From positions 53,927,237 through 53,989,161 of the forward strand of contig NC_057728.1 in assembly GCF_004010195.1 (NCBI RefSeq): a stretch of 61,925 bases of DNA. Direction: 5' to 3'. The position numbers were made by a program, and so were the translations under genes. The DNA is from Chiloscyllium plagiosum (Eukaryota). The notes below the pieces were generated by a model that worked only from the letters and a program-made list of their open reading frames with translations, was not told the origin of the DNA and did no database searches. Each line of letters starts with the position of its first letter. Position 1 is the stretch's first letter. Positions 58,298 to 61,925 of the stretch are shown piece by piece.

Positions 58298-60319
58298 AGG
58301 AGTGTGAGGAAGTATGCCGCACTTGCCTGGATGGGTGCAGCTCCAATAACACTCAAGAAGCTTGACATCATCCAGGGCAAAGCAGCCCACCGTATTGGCA
58401 CCCCCCTCCACCACCTTCAACATTATACCGTTTGTAAGATGCCAACTCAGTACGCAGGTCACCCAGGTTTCTCTATTAATCACATTTCTTGCCTGATACG
58501 AAGGAAGGTAATTGGTGAGCTGAAGCCATTAACTGACCACTGAATTGATGGTGGGTCAAGAGAGTTGGCCATGGAATGTTATGCCCAGAGTTTAATCACT
58601 TAGGTGGTGAGAATGGGAACATTTATCTCCAGATCCAACTTGCTGGGGATGGGGGAAGGGGGAAAGGAGGTTCTGCCCACATCCTTCTTCTCTTTATATC
58701 CTCCAGTGGAGCAAAGAATTTCTCTGCATCTATCTGCATCTTCTACAGCTTCTCCATTTCCAAGCACATGCATATTTTCATTGAATCCGAAAGGACTGGC
58801 ATGGACTTGGGGCGAAGGCCACAATCAGTCAGCCATGATATTATTAAATGATGGAACTGGCTTGAGGGGCCGAATGGCCTGCTCTTGATCCTGTTATGTT
58901 CTTGTGTTCATTTCTTCTTCCATTCCTTTCTCCCTTTTGTGCTCATCCAACTTGTTCTTCAATAAATCAATGCTATTGCCCTCCGAGCCACAATCCTGTA
59001 TTGGAAATCTATTGCCATTCCTTCAGTTTCAGTGAGTTAAAATCCTGGAGCTTCCCCCCCCTCCCCCCCCGGGGCATTGTGGGTCTCCCTACCCTCAAGG
59101 ACCGCAGCTGTTCAAGAAAACAGCTCACCACCACCTTCCCAATCAGGGAGGGACAATAGCCAGTGACACACACATCCTGTAAATGAACAAAGTAATGTTG
59201 CTGTTGTAAGTTGCACATTCATGCCAGCTGTCTGGGTAAAGCAGTTCCTCCTTCATTCTGATGGGATTTATGAGACACTATTCTACCCTTAGCTTTGGAC
59301 TTAATTGCAAGTGAATTCTCGATCCAAGATGCCAGGACGTTGAGTAAATTTACGGAGGAGATAGACAGATTTATTTTTATTAGTGAAGGGTTGATGGGTT
59401 ATGGGGAGTGCGGAACAAAATAGAGTTGAGGCCGAGACACGATCAAACAAGATCATATCAAATGGTGGAGCAGGCCCGAGGGGTTGAATTGTTTGTTCCT
59501 GCTCCTTTTGTTTGTCTAAGTGGAAATATACTGAAAATAGTGTCCCTTCAACAGGCAGTGTTGCAGTGATGGGCTGTCAGGGAAGTGTTTTAATTTTAGG
59601 ACCCGTCATTTTGTGACCCAGTCAGATGAGAAAACATTGTCTATTTGGTGCACCCTTCTGTAGTTTGAGATCAGGCACAGCCTTATCCTGACTGTAATTA
59701 TCCTAACCACATCCCGACACTAATAATTAGTGTCTGCTCTGAAAGTTTTTGTTTCTTTTTGCAGAATTTTATGTAACCTTATCAGCCCCTGTCATATGAT
59801 TCGTGCACAATATCATTGTGCTGATATGTAATGGAAAACTCCTTCACGTGTTGCTTACTGGGACACAAAAGGGATTCAGTCTCTCTCTCTCTGCTCCAAA
59901 GACTTGAGTGGAAAACTGGAAACATACTCATTTATTTTCCCCATCCTGTCCAAACAGCTGACAATGAGTCATCCTGGAAGCGTTACACGCCTCTCCTACT
60001 TTGGTCAGAGTACACTTGTAATTCTAATATGAAAAGAGACAAATTTATCTCGGAAAACAGTTAACCAACTGTTTATCAGTGAGGAGTTTATGCAAACTGG
60101 CCTTTTCAGTTTCCCTTCCTTTTTTCTATTAGCAGTCAGAGGAGGCCCAGCTCCGCTGAGCAACTGGAATGGAAAAAACAGAATAAACCTTCCTTTCATC
60201 TGAAAAGGGAACTCAGTTCATCCAGCAGTCTGGTTAGGTAATAGTTGACAACGGGCCAGATGATTTATAATTGAAAAGCGTTTGCTGCATCAGGATTGGA
60301 TTCCCAAGGTTTCCAGGTG

Positions 60320-61310
60320 TCAGCTGTGCCTCACCTTGGTCCCACCGTGAGTGGAAAGGTTTGTGACTGTGAAAGATGTGAATGCAAAACCCAGCACTGA
60401 TGCCTCCAGTGCAATGCGGAGGGAGTGCAGCACTGGCAGAGGTGAAATCTAGTGGATGAGCTGTTGAATCACCCTCTTAGGTGGTTCTGAAAGATCCCAT
60501 GGTGAATTTCAAAGAAGAGAAGGAGAGTTTGCCCCCTCGCCATCTTGTTTATCCCTCATTCAACATCACTAAACCAGATTATCTGTTCATTAGCACATTC
60601 ATTTTCTGTGGTGATTCACAGATTTGGCTGTGTCAGCATTTATTATCATTCCTCATTACCCTGGAGAAATTGGAGGGGAGCTATCAGTCTGTGCCACTTC
60701 ACTCCATGCTGTATACATGCACCCGCAGTGCTGTTAGAGGAGGATTTCCAAGATTTTGACCCTAGCTATAATGAAGGAACAAATCTGGACAGTGAGATTT
60801 GGAGGAGATCTTACAGATAATGGTGTTCCTATGTATCTGCTGCCTTTGTCCTTCCAGGTGGTAGAGGTCATGGGTTTGGCAGGTGCTGTCCAAGGAATAG
60901 TGCATCTTGTAGAACTTGCCCACTGGCACCATACTGCTGGCAATGGATGGAGTGAATATTAAAGTTGGTGGATTGGGATGTCAGTTGAAAATTCAAGTCA
61001 GGAGTGTGATGGACAACTCCACACTTGTCTGGACAGTGTCAAGCATTTTGAGCACTGTTGGAGCTGAGGCAAGTGGGGAGTATTACATCGCACTCCTGAT
61101 TTGTGCCTTGTAGATGGTGAGCATGTTTTGGGGAGACTGGAGGTGAATTATTCACCTCATTGTTATATATTGAGCCTTACTGCGTGCAAATTGATTGCTC
61201 CATATCCTACATCACAAAGGGAGAACCTTATGAACATTTCAATTTCTGCAAAGTGCATAGGAATGCTCTGGGATTGAAAAGTGTGCTTTTTAAATGCAAG
61301 TTCCTTACTT
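60320..61310 (+). mobile_element. DeuSINE-like element split by an L2/CR1-group fragment (60630-61160, minus)
   Basis: aaagatcccatgg...aaagaagag...tttatccctcattcaacatcactaaaccagattatctg; tail gtgtgctttttaaatgcaagtt at ~61280-61302. Confidence 0.6.
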
Positions 61311-61567
61311 TACCCTGTGCAGTGTTGAGTGCTTGGACAATCAATGGTTCTTCAAGCCTTGCTGATGTTGGTTTTGTAAAGGGTCAGTAATCAAGAGAAA
61401 GGAGGCAAGTGACTGTTTCCTTCATGAGAAGTTGGTGGGAATGTTGTAGTTGAGAAAAACCTCAGTCTCTGAAAAGGCTCAGGGGAGTTTTACTCAGGAA
61501 TAAGTGCGGGATCATGTTAGCCAAGTAAACAGAAGGCCTTGGACTTGAACAAAGGTTTGAGTTTGTC

Positions 61568-61925
61568 CTCAACCTGTCTACCCCCCTCCCCCACTCCAAC
61601 CTCTCACCCTCACAACGCGCAGCCCTCCAATCCCTCTGCTCCAATCCCAACCTCACCATCAAGCCAGCAGATAAAGGGGGTGCAGTGGTAGTCTGGCGCA
61701 CTGACCTCTACACCGCTGAAGCCAAACGCCAACTCGAGGACACCTCTTCCGACCGCCCCCTCGACCATGACCCCACCCCCCATCACCAAACCATCATCTC
61801 CCAGACCATACAGAACCTCATCACCTCAGGAGATCTCCCACCCACAGCTTCCAACCTCATAGTCCGGGAACCCCGCACTCCCCGGTCCTACCTCCTTCCC
61901 AAGATCCACAAGCCCGACCACCCTG
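61568..61925 (+). mobile_element. PLE reverse transcriptase N-terminal region, open to the window end
   Basis: NLSPSQRAALQSLCSNPNLTIKPADKGGAVVVWRTDLY...YLLPKIHKPDHP; IKPADKG and LPKIHK are diagnostic PLE RT motifs; no stop in 119 codons. Confidence 0.92.

Noticed and set aside
59745..59831. Strong splice acceptor gtttttgtttctttttgcag
   Set aside because: All three frames stop within about 22 codons and no convincing donor follows.

Overview
Eukaryotic, repeat-saturated intronic or intergenic DNA, almost certainly from an elasmobranch (shark or ray) genome, judging by the many HE1-type V-SINEs and their CR1/HER1 partner LINEs. I recognise no host protein-coding gene; nearly all ORFs in the track are transposon debris or chance. 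Contents: many CR1-clade LINE fragments (largest ~2.8 kb at 10870-13650), about 11 HE1 SINEs, DeuSINE-like and other tRNA SINEs, L2/CR1-like and Rex1/Babar fragments, a fragmented Gypsy gag-protease fossil, solo LTRs, a 992-nt assembly gap in a CA microsatellite, and a ~2.2 kb element built on a 30-bp GC-rich VNTR. The most distinctive signal is at least four Penelope-like element (PLE) families whose terminal repeats carry minimal hammerhead ribozyme cores (CUGANGA-stem II-GAAA-CG/GC-UH), often as fold-back pairs. One is a deleted mini-PLE with two tandem hammerheads 312 nt apart, resembling a retrozyme (42946-43385). There are also two locally templated inverted insertions and a few weak orphan exon candidates. 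Boundaries of degraded repeats are approximate and family names come from motif recognition, not database searches.
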